NCBI RefSeq assembly: GCF_963506605.1
Contig: NC_083285.1
Span: 56,792,001-56,856,000 of the forward strand
DNA: 64,000 bases
DNA from: Zootoca vivipara
Taxonomy: Eukaryota
Direction of reading: 5' to 3'
Part shown: piece after piece, positions 12,401 to 24,200 of the stretch
Layout: each line of letters opens with the position of its first letter
Position numbering within the stretch: the first letter of the stretch is position 1
Translations under genes and position numbers: made by a program
The notes under the pieces: model-generated
What the model was told of the DNA's origin: nothing
What the model saw: only the letters and a program-made list of their open reading frames with translations
Databases searched by the model: none

Positions 12401-12752
12401 CCAAGTCTTGCACAAAACATTATTTGCTCCTGAATCTGCTCACTCAGGCCCTTGTTGAATGAAAAGCAGCACTTTATGTGCTGCAAAGCATCTGTTGCAT
12501 TCTTGGCTGTGGTGGCACAAGAAGTTCTCATGCACAATTGGCTTCTCAGATCAGGTGAGGTATCTCATGCTGTGCTTTGCGTTCTATGAAGCACCCAGCA
12601 GCTCCCAGGCATTTTGTTCCTCAAAAACAAGTTACCGTACTACAATCGTTAAATGTTTTACTTACAGCGTCCGGGGAATAGGTTCCAAACCCCAGTATGG
12701 GGATTTTGTTTCCATCATTCATTGTAATGCCACGGTCTTTGCTAAGTGCCAT
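946..12752 (-). CDS. Aldo-keto reductase family 1C-like gene, copy A (exons 1-8; exon 9 not in window)
   Basis: Exons 12666-12752, 11429-11596, 10633-10749, 10027-10104, 9658-9780, 7998-8107, 1690-1855, 946-1028 (87/168/117/78/123/110/166/83 nt, all GT-AG, open frame). Protein [25 protein letters not shown]...HIDGAYVY...FYTGKLW...IHNP...SIGVSNF...NQVECHPY... contains the AKR catalytic tetrad D/Y/K/H. Confidence 0.93.
2767..2975. mobile_element. Inverted pair of Penelope pseudo-LTR fragments
   Basis: 2767-2880 (minus) and 2881-2975 (plus) match the 3' end of the Penelope at 55010-55140. 13-bp TSD CGCTCTACTTTAG at 2754-2766 and 2976-2988. Confidence 0.85.
2881..2918 (+). ncRNA. Minimal type I hammerhead ribozyme motif (Penelope pLTR)
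   Basis: GTAT-CTGAAGA-A-GTGTGCATGCACAC-GAA-AGCT-C-ATAC: CUGANGA/GAAA core, helix II hairpin, palindromic helix III, stem I GUAU/AUAC. Confidence 0.75.
3428..3463. repeat. (CA)n microsatellite
   Basis: Direct reading. Confidence 0.95.
5031..5850 (+). mobile_element. Possible non-autonomous Helitron-like element containing an ~88-bp tandem repeat (about 5370-5560)
   Basis: Starts ATCTATATATATATAAA...; absent from the copy B intron; 3' end not clearly identified. Confidence 0.35.
6361..6713 (-). mobile_element. Sauria SINE flanked by a ~120-bp direct duplication
   Basis: Reverse complement of the SINE at 1998-4562. Flanks 6244-6360 and 6728-6848 are near-identical. Confidence 0.85.
7264..7705 (-). 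mobile_element. Solo LTR
   Basis: TG...CA ends; 5-bp TSD ATACG at 7259-7263 and 7706-7710; AATAAA on minus at about 7328-7333; empty site in copy B. Confidence 0.75.
8537..8672. mobile_element. hAT (URR1-like) MITE
   Basis: TIRs CAGGCTTTCTCAACCTC and GAGGTTGAGGAAGCCTG; TSD CTCTATAT/CTTTATAT. Confidence 0.8.
9136..9616. mobile_element. Non-autonomous hAT element
   Basis: TIRs CAGGGGTTCCCAACA and TGTTGGGAACTACTG; perfect 8-bp TSD GCTTAGAG; empty site in copy B (about 28098). Confidence 0.85.
10955..11320 (-). mobile_element. L2-like LINE 3' fragment (old, partly shared with copy B)
   Basis: Similar to the fragment at 37060-37435 (ATATTGCCCTTC...AGGAACATTTT...CCAGGTAGGTTCATAT). Confidence 0.5.
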
Positions 12753-12863
12753 TTTCTGCTTCTGTGCTTGCTCAGTTCTTTGCTCCAGGATGAAACTGAA
12801 CAACACTCTTGTGGTGAAAGGAAAAACTCGAGTGAGAAAAATGAAGTTCGTGTTTCCAATGAA

Positions 12864-13480
12864 ATGTCTTCTGTTGGCATGATAGGAGGGGAGTGTCTAA
12901 GCAAATGCCCTGAACAAATGAGATAGAAGGGTGGGAAAAACTATGACCTACTTTTTATCAGTAAACTTCATCAGAATGTCATTTGGTAAACCAGCTGTTT
13001 CCCTGTTGACTTATCAACATTGCTTTCACATGATAAATAATAGCTGTCTTCTGATGGGCTGAAGGGTGTTCCAAGCGCCAGAAGAACACGCAAAGGATGT
13101 AAGGAAAGAAAGGACCGTATGAATAAGATCCGAAACTGCCTCTGGCTGTGTTCACTTTGCCAGCACATGTAAAACACATTTGATGTGCATGGCATTCCCC
13201 AAAGAATCCTGGGAACTGAGATTTGTTAAAGATGCTGGGAACTGTAGCTTTGTAAAATGTCTTCTGTTGGCACAATAGGAGGGGAGTGCTTAAGTACCCT
13301 GAAGAAATGAGAGAGAAGGGCAGGGAAACCTATGGCCAACTTTTTATCAGTAACTTTCAGCAGAATGTTCTAGCATTGCTTTCAGAGGATAAATAACCTA
13401 TGGCCAACTTTTTATCAGTGATTTTCTGCAGAATGTCCTTTGGTACACCAGAAGCTTACATTGTTGACTTAGCAGCATTA
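12864..13480. repeat. Promoter-proximal duplicated/tandem unit of AKR-A containing ARE-like and GATA motifs
   Basis: Repeated CTATGGCCAACTTTTTATCAGT...CAGAATGTC...TTGACTTAGCAGCATT. 12864-12977 is duplicated at 13255-13370. TGACTTAGCA at 13465-13474. Confidence 0.7.
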
Positions 13481-13485
13481 TAGCT

Positions 13486-13486
<1 letters not shown>

Positions 13487-13528
<42 letters not shown>

Positions 13529-13541
13529 CATTATTATTATT
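13487..13541. repeat. (TAT)n microsatellite
   Basis: Direct reading. Confidence 0.95.
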
Positions 13542-14441
13542 AGCATTCCAATAAAGCAATGCAGAGGCTTATTGCAATCTTCAATCAAGAAACTTCACCT
13601 CTTTGTTAGATTAGTAAATGTTAGACATAGGAAAAGCAAACCTAAAAGCTATGCAGGCCTTTTCTTCAGGTTGTTGTGTTGAAATGAAAACATATATGTT
13701 CAGAAACAAAATAAATGAAATATGTGGAGGCATCTGTTAACCCAATGAAGCTGGGTGTTCTGAGTGGAATGTGCACAAAGCTACCCAAACCAGCCGTGGG
13801 ATCACCCTGAATGCAGATTAAAAGGAAGAGTGTCCACAGAATCAGCCCTTACTGGAGGGTTCAAGTTACACAAAGCAGTGGCTGTGTGGGAGACAGCAAG
13901 TAGCAACAAATGATTTCAGTGAGGGCGTTTTGAATATTGTTACAGATTCCAGAGGATAAATGCATGCATATAACATCATTTGCTGTGAAACAGAGTGACC
14001 AGAAAAACATAGCCAGAAGTCATTTCAGGTCGAGGTGGCAGACAATTGAAACTCTGTGCTCTTTACTCCTCACAGCCAGCACTGGTCATTCCTGCCCACC
14101 CCTTCCTCAGAAGTGGAAGCAGCGAATTTGTAATTTAGAAGTTTCCCGTCATGTCCTGCTTCCCACATGCATTTGGTTTCTAAATTTGCAATTTAGAAGC
14201 TTCCCCTCATGTCCTACTTCCCACATGCATTTGGTTGGCCACTGTGAGAACTGGATGCTGGACTAGATGGGCCACTGGCCTAATTCTGCAGGCTCTTCTT
14301 ATTTTCTGACCATCCAAGTCTTGCACAAAACATTATTTGCTCCTGAATCTGCTGACTTAGGACCCTTGTTGAATGTGCTTCAAACCATCTGTTGCATTCT
14401 TGGCTGCTGTGCCACAAGAAGTTCTCATGAAGAATTGGCTT

Positions 14442-17400
14442 GGCAATAGAGAGGGATGATAAGTAAGGTGGAACATGATGTGCGGGAGTAACGCCCATAT
14501 GCCGAGGCGAACATACCCCCCGCCCCCAACATAAGATTACATTGCAACTCTGTATCATCCAATCTCTGATTGATAATTTTTTTAGCTGCGGTAAGATCAA
14601 AATGTAAAGCTTCTAGGGGGGAGATTCCAAAAAGCAAAAGCTTGGCATGGATCTTGTTCGCCCAGGGACTGGTGAATTCGTCACACCATAAACATTGGGC
14701 TAGATAATAATCAGGTAATCTGTGTGAGAGTGTTAGCCAGTAGTTGAAAACCCGTAGAAGTGTCTCTAGCGAGGGGACCTTCAGTTCCAGATGTATAGCC
14801 GCATTGCTCACACATCAGGGAAGTTTCAACAGGCGGCGTAAAAATTGATTTTGGAGGGTCTCAAGAGGGGAAAAATTTGCCAAGGCAGCCCAAAGTGGTG
14901 CAGCATAAGCGAATATGGCAGCTATTCTCGCATTAAACACCTTCAACCCCGAAGGCACATGCAGAGCCCCATCTGTGAAATAAAACTGGAGAAGTGGAGA
15001 AAATCTCTCTTTGTTAAAAGAGAGATATTAAAAGCACAACTTCAGGCAATACCAATGAGACGGAAACATGGAAGGTGCCTAAAGAAGCCAGGGTGGCTAT
15101 CTAAAGAACTTTTGACTGAGTTAAGATTTAAAAGGGATATGTACAAAAAATGGAAAAGGGGGGAAATCACCAGAGAGGAATTCAAACATATACCCAGCAC
15201 GTGTAGAGACAAAGTCAGAAAAGCTAAAGCACAGAATGAACTCAGGCTCCCCAGAGAGGTTAAAAGCAACAAAAAGGGCTTTTATGGGTATGTCCGTAGC
15301 AAAAGGAAGAACAAGGAAACAGTGGGGTCACTTAGAGGAGAAGATGGTGAAATGCAAACAGGGGATAGAGAAAGGGCAGAACTCCTCAATGCCTTCTTTG
15401 TCTCAGTCTTCTCCAGGGCCAGAAGAACTACATCCAAGAGTATTAAAAGAACTGGCAGAGGTGATTTCAGAACCACTGGCAATAATCTTTGATAATTCCT
15501 GGAGAACAGGCGAAGTTCCAGCAGACTGGAGGAGGGCAAATGTTGTCCCTATTTTCAAAAAGGGGGAAAGAGAGGACCCAAACAATTACCGCCCAGTCAG
15601 CCTGACATCAATGCCAGGAAAGATTCTAGAGCAGATCATAAAGCAAACAGTCTGTGAGCACCTAGAAAGAAACTCTGTGATCACTAAAAGTCAGCATGGG
15701 TTTCTGACAAAGTCATGTCAGACTAATATGATCTCATTTTTTGACAGAATTACAAGCCTAGTAGATGAAGGGAACGCTGTGGATGTAGCCTATCTTGATT
15801 TCAGCAAGGCCTTTGACAAGGTGCCCCATGATATTCTTGTAAAGAAGCTGGTAAAATGCGGGCTAGACAATGCTACCATTCAGTGGATTTGTAACTGGCT
15901 TACTGACCGAACCCAAAGGGTGCTCATCAATGGCTCCTCCTCATCCTGGAGAGTAGTGACTAGTGGGGTGCCACAGGGTTCTGTCTTGGGCCCAGTCTTA
16001 TTCAACATCTTTATCAATGACTTGGATGATGGGCTTGAGGGCATCCCGAGCAAGTTTGCAGACGACACCAAATTGGGAGGGGTGGCTAATACCCCAGAGG
16101 ACAGGATCACACTTCAAAATGACCTTAACAGATTAGACAACTGGGCCAAAGCAAACAAGATGAATTTTAACAAGGAGAAATGTAAAGTACTACACTTGGG
16201 CAAAAAAAATGAAAGGCACAAATACAGGATGGGTGACACCTGGGTTGAGAGCAGTACATGTGAAAAGGACCTAGGAGTCTTGGTAGACTACAGACTTGAC
16301 ATGAGTCAGCAGTGTGATGCAGCAGCTAAAAAAGCCAATGCAATTCTGGGCTGCATCAATAGGAGTATAGCATCTAGATCAAGGGAAGTAATAGTACCAC
16401 TGTATTCTGCTCTGGTCAGACCTCACCTGGAGTACTGTGTCCAGTTCTGGGCACCACAGTTCAAGAAGGATACTGACAAGCTGGAATGTGTCCAGAAGAG
16501 GGCAACCAAAATGGTCAAGGGCCTGGAAACGATGCCTTATGAGGAACGGCTTAGGGAGCTGGGTATGTTTAGCCTGGAGAAGAGAAGGTTAAGGGGTGAT
16601 ATGATAGCCATGTTCAAATATATGAAAGGATGTCATATGGAGGAGGGAGAAAGATTGTTTTCTGCTGCTCCAGAGAAGCGGACACGGAGCAATGGATTCA
16701 CACTTCAAGAAAAAAGATTCCACCTAAACATTAGGAAGAACTTCCTGACAGTAAGAGCTGTTCGACAGTGGAATTTGCTGCCAAGGAGTGTGGTGGAGTC
16801 TCCTTCTTTGGAGGTCTTTAAGCAGAGGCTTGACAGCCACCTGTCAGGAATGCTTTGATGGTGTTTCCTGCTTGGCGGGGGTTGGACTGGATGGCCCTTG
16901 TGGTCTCTTCCAACTCTATGATTCTATGATTCTATGATTCTAAGTGCTTGGGACACGGTTTTAGCTTTATTGAGGAGATATTGAATTTGTGCTTTCCATC
17001 TCAAGTTTTGTTGAAAAAATATGCTTAAATATTGGAATTTGGAAACTTGTTCCACTGTTGCTCCATCGAGCTTCCACTTGTATTGTTTTCGGCTTCTGGA
17101 GAAAATCATTATTTTGGATTTAGAATGGTTGATGGTTAACTGATTGGTTTGACAATAGGGAACAAAGATCTTTAGTGCTCTATTTAGGCCAACTCGAGAA
17201 TAGGAAAGAATTACTGCCTCGTCTGCATACTGAAGCAGTGGGCAGCGATAATCCGCAAGGCGGGGGGCATGAATATTGACGAGCGACTCGATTAGGGGTT
17301 TTCTCATATCACTTATATACAAATTAAAGAGATAGGGAAGCTAGTATACAGCCTTGGCGGACTCCCTTATTTATAGGCACCGAATTCATGAGTTCACCTG

Positions 17401-19490
17401 CTGGAGTTAGTCTCACTCTGGCAACTGATCCCTCATGCAATTGAATCATAAGCCCTAGGAGTCTTCTGTCAATGCCCCAGGTAGCGAGTTTCACCCATAA
17501 GGTGTTTCTAGGGATGCTGTCAAAAGCTGCCCTCAAGTCGATAAAGGCAGCACATAGATGGCCCCGACTAGGGGTAGAGTATTTCAGTGCAAGATGGTAA
17601 AGAATTATAGCGTGGTCCGTTGTGGAGCGATTGGGTCTAAAACCTGCTTGTTCATGACCAATTAAGTTGGACTTTTCTGACCACTGGGTCAATTTGGACA
17701 GAAGAAAGCGGGCATAGATTTTCCCTAGGATTGAACTAATGTTACGATAGTTCGTGGGGTTAGCAGTGGATCCTTTTTTGTGAATTGGGATAATAATAGC
17801 TTCCTTCCATGACTTGGCAATGAGACCTGTGGTGTTTATAGCATCGAAAACTTTGGCCAGAATTCCAGCCCACCACTCAGGATGTGACTTAATGGCCTCC
17901 GCTGGGACCAAATCGGGCCCGGGAGCCTTACCCACTTTCAGTTGACATATCAAGTCTAGGTGGCGAAATGGGTAGATGGCAAAACAGGTGCTCCAAGCAG
18001 GCAGATGGTGCGTCCACCTGTGAGAAGCACTTCCTCAAGAACTGCTCCCAAGTAGGAGCAGGGATAACGGCCAGGGAGTATCTTCTCACTCTTCTATTAA
18101 TTAGTGACCCAAATTCACGTGATCTATGCGATTTGGATGCTGCAATTAAAGCCTGCCGGCGATACGATTGCCAGGTGCGTTTAGCCTTTGTCTGGGCCTG
18201 TTTATAGGCCGTTTTGGCTTGAAAATATGTAACTGGCAGGTTGGTAGCACCTGAGACCTTGTACTTGTTGTAAATTGAGCGCAAAAGGGTTCTAGCTTGT
18301 TTACACTGAGAATCGTACCAAGGGGCACCAGAGTTATACTGTCTGCGATTTACCGCTTGGGGAGGTATCGTAAAGAAGGCAGTAAGATCCACCATAAAAT
18401 GATTAAACAGCCCCAATAGTACATTTGGGTCATGGGAATCAGAAGCTGTATCAGTTAGCTGCACACTGATTTCTTTTTGATAAACGTCCAAATACAATTG
18501 ACCTTAGACCAATTTATTCCTCTCACTCCAGTCGGAACGTTGGAATCTATTCGGATTGGATGTCTGTGCTCGACTGAATGCCAATCCAGAGAGAATGTGG
18601 CTACTAAGGGGAGGTGATCGCTAGATTGTATATTGTCGACCTTAAATGAAGAGACATTCAGGAACAAATCCCTCAAAATCGAGAGGTAATCTACCATAAT
18701 ACACTGTTGGATTTTATGCCTAGATGGGTGTACTCCCCCGGTACATCTGGGGGGCACCTGCCATTCAAGGGGACTAGATTTAGACAGATGGCCATTTGAT
18801 AGAGAAGCACTCTAGCCTTGTTTACTCTGGAGTCTTTAGAGGTTCTCCCTATGGCTTGTTCCAGTTCATAGTTGTCAAGACATGGGTCAACCCACCATTT
18901 GGCTTTATTCAAGGATTTCCAGTTGGCTGAGGTACGGGCATTAAAATCCCCTCCAATTAAGGATTGAGTATTGGGATACTTGACGCGGCATGATAATAGA
19001 TGGTCTCCTAGTATTTCCCATCTAGAGCGAAGTTCAAGGGACAAACCTCCTGGAGGGAGGTAAACATTGGAAATTAGCCATGAAACCTTTCCCCCGGATA
19101 TCAGCCCAGATAAGACATAAGGCGAGGAAACCTGTACTAAAGTATGTTTGGTATGTAACTTAAGCGAGTTACCAATTACAAGACCACATTTGGGACAGCC
19201 TCCTTTCAAGGAGGGGAAAGCAGGGAGTGTTAGGAGGTCGAATCCATTTATGTCAATTTCCTCCTCCTTCAAAATATAGGGAGAGGTGGGCAGGTGTTCC
19301 GATGCACTGAGCCCGAAAGAGGAAGCTAAGGGACACGTGCAGCGGTTAAACAGTGGTCCTTCAATCACTTTGATTGACGTCCCTCAAGTCCAAATGCTCC
19401 CAAGATCGAGGGACCACCAATAGGGTGTTGTGGCCACTCCAATGTTCCCACCCACAACACAGGGTCTGGTTGCCAGGTCCCACCGCAACA
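14442..19490 (-). mobile_element. Degenerate APE-endonuclease/RT LINE (RTE/RTEX-like), interrupted by CR1
   Basis: Endonuclease motifs NVYLPP, GGDFNAR, SSDHLP; RT motifs KAPGPD, QAGFR, FIDLRAAFDS, GVRQGCIL, YADE. Frame rejoins across the CR1 (VSQAL|LQFYFTDG...). Truncated at both ends. Confidence 0.85.
14997..16941 (+). mobile_element. CR1 LINE, 5'-truncated, RT domain open
   Basis: ORF 15236-16858 with [35 protein letters not shown]; (ATTCTATG)n tail; TSD AAGTG at 14992-14996 and 16942-16946. Confidence 0.95.
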
Positions 19491-19604
19491 CCTTCAGCAG
19501 AATGTCCTCTGGTACACCAGCAATTTCCTTGCTGACTTAGCAGCATTGCTTTCATAGGATAAATAATAGCTGTCTTCTGAAGGGCTGAAGGGTGTTCCAA
19601 GTGC

Positions 19605-19775
19605 NNNNNNNNNNNNNNNNNNNNNNNNNNNNNNNNNNNNNNNNNNNNNNNNNNNNNNNNNNNNNNNNNNNNNNNNNNNNNNNNNNNNNNNNNNNNNNNN
19701 NNNNNNNNNNNNNNNNNNNNNNNNNNNNNNNNNNNNNNNNNNNNNNNNNNNNNNNNNNNNNNNNNNNNNNNNNNN
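19605..19775. other. Assembly gap (N)
   Basis: N run. Confidence 1.
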
Positions 19776-20629
19776 GCAGAGGCTTATTGCAATCTTCAAT
19801 CAAGAAACTTCACCTCTTTGTTAGATTAGTAAATGTTAGACATAGGAAAAGCAAACCTAAAAGCTATGCAGGCCTTTTCTTCAGGTTGTTGTGTTGAAAT
19901 GAAAACATATATGTTCAGAAACAAAATAATAAATGAAATATGTGGAGGCATCTGTTAACCCAATGAAGCTGGGTGTTCTGAGTGGAATGTGCACAACGCT
20001 TCCCAAACCAGCCGTGGGATCACCCTAAATGCAGATTTCAAGGAAGAGTGTCCACAGAATCAGCCTCTCCTGGAGGATTCAGGTTACACAAAGCAGTGGC
20101 TGTGTGGGAGACAGCAAGTAGCAACAAATGATTTCAGCGAGGGCGCTTTGAATATTGTTACAGATTCCAGAGGATAGAATGCATGCGTATAACATGGTCA
20201 GAAGTCATTTCAGGTTGAGCTGGCAGACAATCGAAACCCTGTGCTCTTTACTCCTCACAGCCAGCAATCGTTATTCCTGCCCATCCCTTCCTCAGAAGTG
20301 GAAGATGTGACTTTGTAATTTAGAAGCTTCCCCTCATGTCCTGCTTCCCACATGCATTTGGTTGGCCACTGTGAGAACCGGATGCTGGACTAGATGCGCC
20401 ACTGGCCTAATTCAGCAGGCTCTTCTTATTTTCTGAAGTTATTTCAAATCATCTTGGCAATAAATCTTAGGCTATGCAGCTGCTTCTTTTTATGAAGGTT
20501 AATCCTCTCCCCAGGCTTGTGCTATTTTCAATATACGAACCACCCCCTAGAAACTGCTATTTGACACATTAGGGAGAACTAAGGATGGAGAGGAGTTCAA
20601 TTTTGTCCACATTTTAATGAGAAACTACA

Positions 20630-20882
20630 CAGCCAACCTAGCAGTTCAAAAGCACGTCAAAGTGCAATTAGATAAATAGGTACCGCTCCAGCAGGAAGGT
20701 AAACGGTGTTTCCGTGCGCTGCTCTGGTTTTGCCAAAAGCGGCTAAGTCATGCTGGCCACATGACCCAGCAAAACTGTCTGCGGACAAACGTTTGCTCCC
20801 TCGGCCAGTAAAGCAAAATGAGCACCAAAACCCCAGAGTTGTTTGCGACTCGACTTAACTTTCAGGGGTCCTTTACCTTTAC
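20630..20882 (+). mobile_element. Sauria SINE, 5'-truncated
   Basis: GCCAACCTAGCAGTTC...GGGGTCCTTTACCTTTA; absent from the homologous flank of copy C. Confidence 0.75.
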
Positions 20883-21065
20883 TGTTACACAGCTCACACA
20901 TCTTGAAGCAATATGCAAATTAAAATGCAGTTATCGTAAGAAAGTGGCAATTCTCTGAATTCAGTGGTACAGTTGTTCAGCTATAGAATCATTAAAAAAA
21001 TGCATATAGTGGGGTAAATTATGCATTAAAGAGCATATATCAGTGAAAACACCATGCAATCATGC

Positions 21066-21071
21066 TTTATT
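21066..21071 (-). terminator. Candidate polyadenylation signal of AKR-B
   Basis: AATAAA about 225 nt past the stop codon; homologous to 35647-35652. Confidence 0.55.
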
Positions 21072-21294
21072 TTAGCCAAAAGTGCAAAGAAAAATGTGTA
21101 TGGTAGGAGAAATTTGCACTGATGAATTTTCAAGGGTTCTTTTTTTTCATCCGAAACTGATATGGAGATGTGAGGAACTGAAGAGTGGAAAATGAGATGC
21201 TGGGAGGAACTGTTATTGACAGATTTGCCCAGTGTTTTAAATGAACAAGGACCCAGGTTCAAAAGGAGATAAATGAGAGATGGAAGACGAGTCC

Positions 21295-24200
21295 TTATTC
21301 CACATCTGGTGGGTAATACTGTGGGTGACCAGCATATCTGAAACAAAAGAAAAGAGAGTCAACACCCCCAAAATTACATTTTGTCAGAAACTGGACTTTT
21401 TCAAGACTGTCTAGGATCAAATAGGACTGGGATAGCTCGGTCAGTAGAGGATGAAACTCTTAATCTCAGGGCCATGGCCACGCTGGGCAAAAGGTTCCTG
21501 CATTGCAGGGGGCTGGACTAGATGACCCCCGTGGTCCCTTCCAACTCTACAATTCTATGACATGGACACTTGTCCATACACTTGCACCCCACTCCAACCA
21601 TGCATGGGGCTTTGGAACAAAGGATCCACAGTAATTGCTTCTATAATTTCACCTTATTCTCTAGGAAGAGGAGATAGATGGATGCCAGATCTTTTCTTCC
21701 TTTTGCTCTCGCAGTTTGAATTCTTGCGTGAAGCACTTTTATGTGTTCATATGCATACTATTTAAATTTTACTTACGCGTCCCCTTTTAAATAGCTCATG
21801 CTTTTGTGAAGGCCATCAATGGATTTCATATCCTCCTCAGACAGCTGGAAAGTAAATGCCTGTCAGGAGGAGAGGGAAAAAAAATACGCTGAGGTGATTT
21901 TATCTCATGTCTTCTTTTTGCAGCTCAGAGCTATGCACCTCTTTCCAGCAAGAGAGATATCAAAGCGAACTTTGCTACCACCTTCCAAAGTTTATTTCCT
22001 TCATTCAACAGCTTCAGTCCAGATGTCCTCCCACTGAAGGAATTTTATATGCATAGTAATGTAGGTTTGCAATAGAACAGGAGTGGGGGAAACTGTGGCC
22101 CTCCAGATATGGATGGACTCCAACTCCCCATCAGTCTCCACCATCATGACCAATGGTCAGGGATGAGGGAAGTCACAACGCAGCAAATGTTGTTTAGTCC
22201 TTCAGTACTCACAGCTGTCCATGGAGGCGCAGGTCAATTCTGTGTCTAGGGCAGCTGTTTAGCAGCTCCATCTAGTATGCAGGCTGAAACCCTATCTGCC
22301 CGCAGACTGTCTGGCCAGACTGGTGCATGCTCTAGTTATCTCCTGCTTGGACTACTGCAAAGGGGCTACCTTTGAAGGTGACCCTGAAACTAAAACAAAT
22401 CCAGAATGTGGCAGCTAGACTGGTGACTGGGAGCGGCTGCCGAGATCATATAACACTGGTCCTGAAAGACCCACATAAGCTCCTAGTACGTTTCCGAGCA
22501 CAATTCAAAGTGTTGCTGCTGACCTTTAAAGCCTTAAACGGCCTCGGCCCAGTATACCTGAAGGAGCTTCTCTACCTCCATTGTTCTGTCCGGACACCGA
22601 GGTCCAGAGCCGAGGGCCTTCTGGTGGTTCCCTCCCTGCGAGAAATGAGGTTACAGGGAACCACGCAGAGTGCCTTCTTGATAGTGGCACCCACCCTGTG
22701 GAATGCCCTCCCATAAGATGTGAAGGAAATAAACAACTATCTGACTTTTAGAAGACATCTGAAGGCAGCCCTGTTTAGGGAAGTTTTTACTGTTTGATGT
22801 TTTATCGTGCTTTTAACATTCTTTTGGGAGCAACCCAGAGTAGCTGGGGAAACCCAGCCAGATGGAGGGCATATAAATAAATTTATTAATTATTATTATT
22901 ATTATTATTATTCCATGCAGTGTATAGCTAAACTACCGAACTTGCTCCCATGCGAGGCAGTGACAGCCAGCAAATTGGATGGCTTTAAACCAGGGGTAGG
23001 CAACCTAAGGCCCATGGGCTGGATGCGGCCCAATCGCCTTCTCAATCCGGCTCACGGACGGTCTGGGAATCAGCATGTTTTTACATGAGTAGAATGTGTC
23101 CTTTTATTTAAAATGCATCTCTGGGCTATTTGAGGGGCATAGGAATTCGTTCAATTTTTTTCCCCAAACTATAGTCCGCCCCCCCCCACAAGGTCTGAGG
23201 GACAGTGGACCGGCCCCCTGCTTAAAAAGTTTGCTGACCCCTGGGTTAGGCTGAGAGAATGTGAATGGACCACCAAGTTCACCCAGTGAGTTTCATGGCA
23301 GATTGGGGATTTGAACCCAGGTCCTAGTCCAACACTCTTAACTGCAAAACCCAACCATTAAGTGTAGCTGCAGGCTCCACTTAAATTTGAATCGAGTAAG
23401 ATAAACAGCGGTGGGGGGGGGGAGCTGAAGAAGCAGCTGGCAAAGTTTGTAGAGAAAGCGCAACATGGAAACTGCTTGTGCTTGCATGTTATACTCTTTG
23501 GGTGTCTTTAATCTTATTCCAGATTAGGAGTACGTGTACACACCCATGCTGTAGATTTTTGTGAGGCAGGTGGGATTCTGCCTGGCCAAACATGTTGCCT
23601 GGGCCTCAAATGAAAAAGGAGGAAATAACCTCCTTTTCTTACAAGGAGCAGCGGCAGCTTCTGTTTTGTAGAGGGCCATTTTATTTTAGTGAGGAAAAAG
23701 TGGAAAACGCCTTTGTTGGTTTGCTTGTTTTTCTTTCTTTTCCAGTGGTTTGAAGATAATCAGCTTCCTAAGGGTCAACTTAAAATGATGATGTTCTCGT
23801 GGGACAAAAAGACATAACGTGCTGGTGAATTTCTGGAAGCCAGCCTTGCAGTTCAGCCTGTGTTTTGTTTTCACTGTATTTCTTAGCAGAGGCTTAGCAT
23901 AGTTCAGCCTTTTCCATCCTGGTGTCCTCCTGATATTTTGGATGGCAGCTCCCATCAGCCCTGGGCACAAAACATCAGGAAGGACTCAGGTTGAAGGATG
24001 CTGGCGTAATGGCCAAGAGGATGAGCTTCGCACTAGGCAACCTCACCTCTACGGAGTACTTTTTTATTATCTGAGCTGCTTGGAGGTTTCCCACCTTTTA
24101 GGCCCTAGGAACCATTTTTTCCCTCACAAGCTTCTTCTGAGAGCTCTGAGCTATAGCTTCCTGCCAGTCAAGCCTTGCTGATTTGCTTCTCAGCCCCCGC

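Larger units (their letters stand above)
14309..19604 (-). pseudogene. Exon-less relic of a further AKR A/B-type copy (intron-1 fragment and promoter, separated by LINEs)
   Basis: 14309-14441 matches A intron 1 (about 12396-12544). 19491-19604 matches the A upstream region (about 12966-13080). Exon 1 and all other exons are absent. Confidence 0.7.

Noticed and set aside
15236-16858. 540-aa ORF as a host gene or domesticated reverse transcriptase
   Set aside because: It is the RT part of a truncated CR1; its N-terminus is out-of-frame sequence upstream of an internal deletion.
21424-21480. tRNA gene
   Set aside because: Only a tRNA-like SINE head; no full cloverleaf, and a CR1-type tail follows.
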